A DNA stretch of 63,619 nt, the filler included, from Lenisia limosa (lineage: Eukaryota; Protista; Breviatea), in the NCBI GenBank assembly GCA_001655205.1. It is 12 parts of 12 records of this genome, joined end to end, with 100 filler letters (N's around TTAATTAATTAA, not from the genome) between each part and the next. Parts side by side here need not be neighbours in the genome. Positions count along the whole stretch, not along the records: positions 55,221 to 61,837 come from LPNZ01005993.1; positions 61,938 to 63,619 come from LPNZ01004110.1; 10 more parts are not named here. The stretch is one strand, 5' to 3'. Positions 60,945-63,619 of the stretch are shown here, piece after piece (the stretch's first letter is position 1; each line of letters opens with the position of its first letter). Both the position numbers and the translations under genes were made by a program. A model generated the notes under the pieces. The model saw only the letters and a list, made by a program, of their open reading frames with translations. It ran no database searches and was not told the origin of the DNA.

Positions 60945-62099
60945 GCCCCCTGAAAGGAGACTTGGTGGTGAAATGCAACTTCGAAGTGAAAATGGTAACA
61001 TGTTTAGTATGGTGGTTTTTGATGTTGGATGAAAGATTGATTTCCTTGATAGCTTCATGTCATTTTTAGAAAAAAAATATTTTGAACGCTCTCTTTTCTG
61101 CCCTTAGTACAGGGTGGTCCGGAGTGAACCTGACGTTTCCCTATACATCCAAGAAACCACTAAAAAACAGTACCAAGATTAATTCCTTCAAACTTAATAT
61201 TTCTGATTTCTATACACGTTTGAACTGTAGTAGGAGGCCTCTTTTGAGATGAAACAGAAGAAAAAGTAAATAATGGAGGACTTAGGAACGAGTCATTTTC
61301 GCGGCTTGGACGAAGCTATCCAAGTGGCCAAGGAAGGGGTCAGGATCTTCAACTGCCAAATCGGACACCTGCAAGATAAAGAGATAAACTGGGCAGAGTA
61401 TTTTGGAGGGATATCTTGACGTTCTTATCCTTCCCCCACCTGTGTATTAGTCTCTCTCAGAACCTTGGCTTCAGCGGCATACTGCTGGATATCCTTCAAA
61501 AGTTAAAAAAAAAATCTAGGAATTTGGAACACTTGTTGTTATTTATTAGAACCCATATGATAGTATTTAATATGAAGTCTGGTCAGAAAATTCTGCTAAG
61601 GTGAAATAATAATCGATATCATCTGACACAAGACATGAACGGCATCACTCTTATTGGAGGAGCTCCTAGAAAAACAATCGCAATTCTTTCGATGAAAAAT
61701 GACACCGATCATACGGGATTGGAGGATTTGGAGAAGGCTTCGGGCAGGGAGATGGGGCGGACAAGGGAGAGAGCAGCAGCCCATTGACGGAGATCTGGGG
61801 GGCAGCCGTTTTCGGTCTGCGGGAGGGGGGGGGGGGGNNNNNNNNNNNNNNNNNNNNNNNNNNNNNNNNNNNNNNNNNNNNTTAATTAATTAANNNNNNN
61901 NNNNNNNNNNNNNNNNNNNNNNNNNNNNNNNNNNNNNCAGATACGCGGTCAAGGCCAAATACGCGGTCAAGGCCAAACTCGGCCACTTATATATATAAGT
62001 GATGGAAGGGATATTCTTCGGCTTTATCTTCCCGTAATACTTCTGTTTTTGCAATTCTGTGTGATGGAATTGCGATCTGCGAAGTTAATAAAGGGCATC

Positions 62100-63138
62100 C
62101 CGTTAATCACTTCTCACCACCAGCCCCCTGGTCTTTCCGGTAACGCACCTCGCGGCTATCCCCGACACGAGAAGGACAGACCAGATCCCAGAGATCGCGG
62201 CATGGACCCCAGGGATCGCCCACTTGACCGTCCGCCCCAGCTCGACAGGATGGACAGACCCCCACAAATGGATAGGAATATGGACCGAAATGTAGACCGG
62301 CCTCCTCACCTTGACCGTCGTGGTGATATGAAGCCCCAGGTAGTGTGTTGGATTCACTTTTTGGACTGAAGACTTTTTTTGGGATATTGAATCTCCTATT
62401 AACTCATCCCCTTACCCTTTCAGGTGCAGGAGCCACCAAAAAGCCAAGGATTGGTATGGGGGGGGGGGGNNNNNNNNNNNNNNNNNNNNNNNNNNNNNNN
62501 NNNNNNNNNNNNNNNNNNNNNNNNNNNNNNNNNNNNNNNNNNNNNNCCTAGCACCCAATATTTTCTGTTCGTAATTCTCCTCCCACCCCGCCTTCTCACT
62601 GGTTCGTAACTGTTTACTTTGTGTTAGCTCAGATTTTTGTTTCTTTTTTTGTTTCCAAAACAAAAATAGTATTTTATTGGAGTGATGGGATGCGGTGCTG
62701 NNNNNNNNNNNNNNNNNNNNNNNNNNNNNNNNNNNNNNNNNNNNNNNNNNNNNNNNNNNNNNNNNNNNNNNNNNNNNNNNNNNNNNNNNNNNNNNNNNNN
62801 NNNNNNNNNNNNNNNNNNNNNNNNNTTGACTTTTGTTCCAACCCCTCCCTTTCCCCCACATCTAGTTTTATGTTGCATAATTCCCTCTTTACCCCCTCTC
62901 CCAGTTACAAACGCCAGTTGCCAATGTGCCCCCCATGAGGAAGGAGCTCTCCCATCCCCCCAACATGAAGAAAATGCCCGATACCCACCCGGTGAGGGCT
63001 TTGGCTCGGGGTGTAGTTTTCCAATGGCAAGAAGTGCTGGATTTTAAGAGGTTATGTTCCATATCTACGAGTGCCTTTCGAGTCGAAATGATGAAGATAA
63101 CACGAGGGTTCACCCTGAGTGTATCAGAGTATCATTGA
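62100..63138 (+). CDS. Partial gene with Asp-Arg/Pro low-complexity repeats
   Basis: GYPRHEKDRPDPRDRGMDPRDRPLDRPPQLDRMDRPPQMDRNMDRNVDRPPHLDRRGDMKPQ-VQEPPKSQGL, and a later block PPMRKELSHPPNMKKMPDTHPVRALARG. No family recognised. Confidence 0.45.
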
Positions 63139-63619
63139 GACTCGTTGGTCAATTATCATACGAGTGGATATGATATAACTGCGCGAAAAATGATGTTCAC
63201 ACGAGATATAATGGTACAAAATGTGATACTATTATCCTAAGCTGCCTTTTGAGGGTTACTTTCAATGTTATCAGAACCATTACTTTCTTGTCTTGATATT
63301 TTGTGTCAAACAGAGTCAGTCAACAATCATATTTCCAACATTCATAACATGTTTAGAACATGGACAAGCCCCCTGCCCCCATGCCGCTCCCTCCAGCCCT
63401 CTCCACTGCTCCAGTAAGCCATTATTTGGATCATGTTTCCCAGCATATTTGGATATATTGGAGTGCTTCCAATGCCTGTGTTATTAGTTATGTTACTTGA
63501 CCAACAAATTTCCAACATTTACATCTCATACTTTTCTACACTGAATTAATCTTTGGAATTGAAGAAAACACTTCTAACTCGCCTTTAACACACAGATCCA
63601 AACCCCGTCCGTACCCCCC

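Noticed and set aside
26980-61893. Recurrent TTAATTAATTAA palindromic 12-mer as a biological motif
   Set aside because: It always sits in the middle of about 100 N. It is a six-frame-stop contig spacer added during assembly or concatenation.
61941-61976. 18-bp direct duplication atacgcggtcaaggccaa
   Set aside because: It has only two copies, right at a contig edge, so it could be an assembly artefact. No supporting context.
12608-63047. Many listed ORFs containing long X runs
   Set aside because: They are open only because N gaps contain no stop codons, and many start at TTG/GTG. They are not real single-exon genes.

Overview
This is intron-rich genomic DNA from a unicellular eukaryote. The lineage cannot be determined from this window; the standard genetic code and GT-AG introns fit every gene model I traced. 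The window is not one continuous locus: about 12 contigs are joined by artificial N-TTAATTAATTAA-N spacers, and many internal N gaps sit next to G/C homopolymer runs. Recognisable genes are a Cdc7(S. pombe)/Cdc15/SepA-type kinase, a 7TM receptor, a cathepsin Z/X-like protease, a YeeE/YedE sulfur-compound transporter, a SMYD methyltransferase, a class I cyclic-nucleotide phosphodiesterase, a kinesin exon, MCM3, tRNA-Ala(AGC), a MIT-domain protein, CAP/Srv2 (N-terminal half only), RPS13 and FHIT. Several short repeat families (TA-flanked MITEs and two intron-resident families) are scattered through the introns. The most striking finding is a gene at 28771-32178 (minus strand). Its hand-spliced frame joins a voltage-sensor-like multi-TM module, of the kind found in ion-channel-type adenylyl cyclases, to a RasGEF REM domain instead of a cyclase. 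Next to it is a single-pass EGF-TM-FHA-FHA receptor-like gene. All gene models were spliced by eye and no database searches were run.
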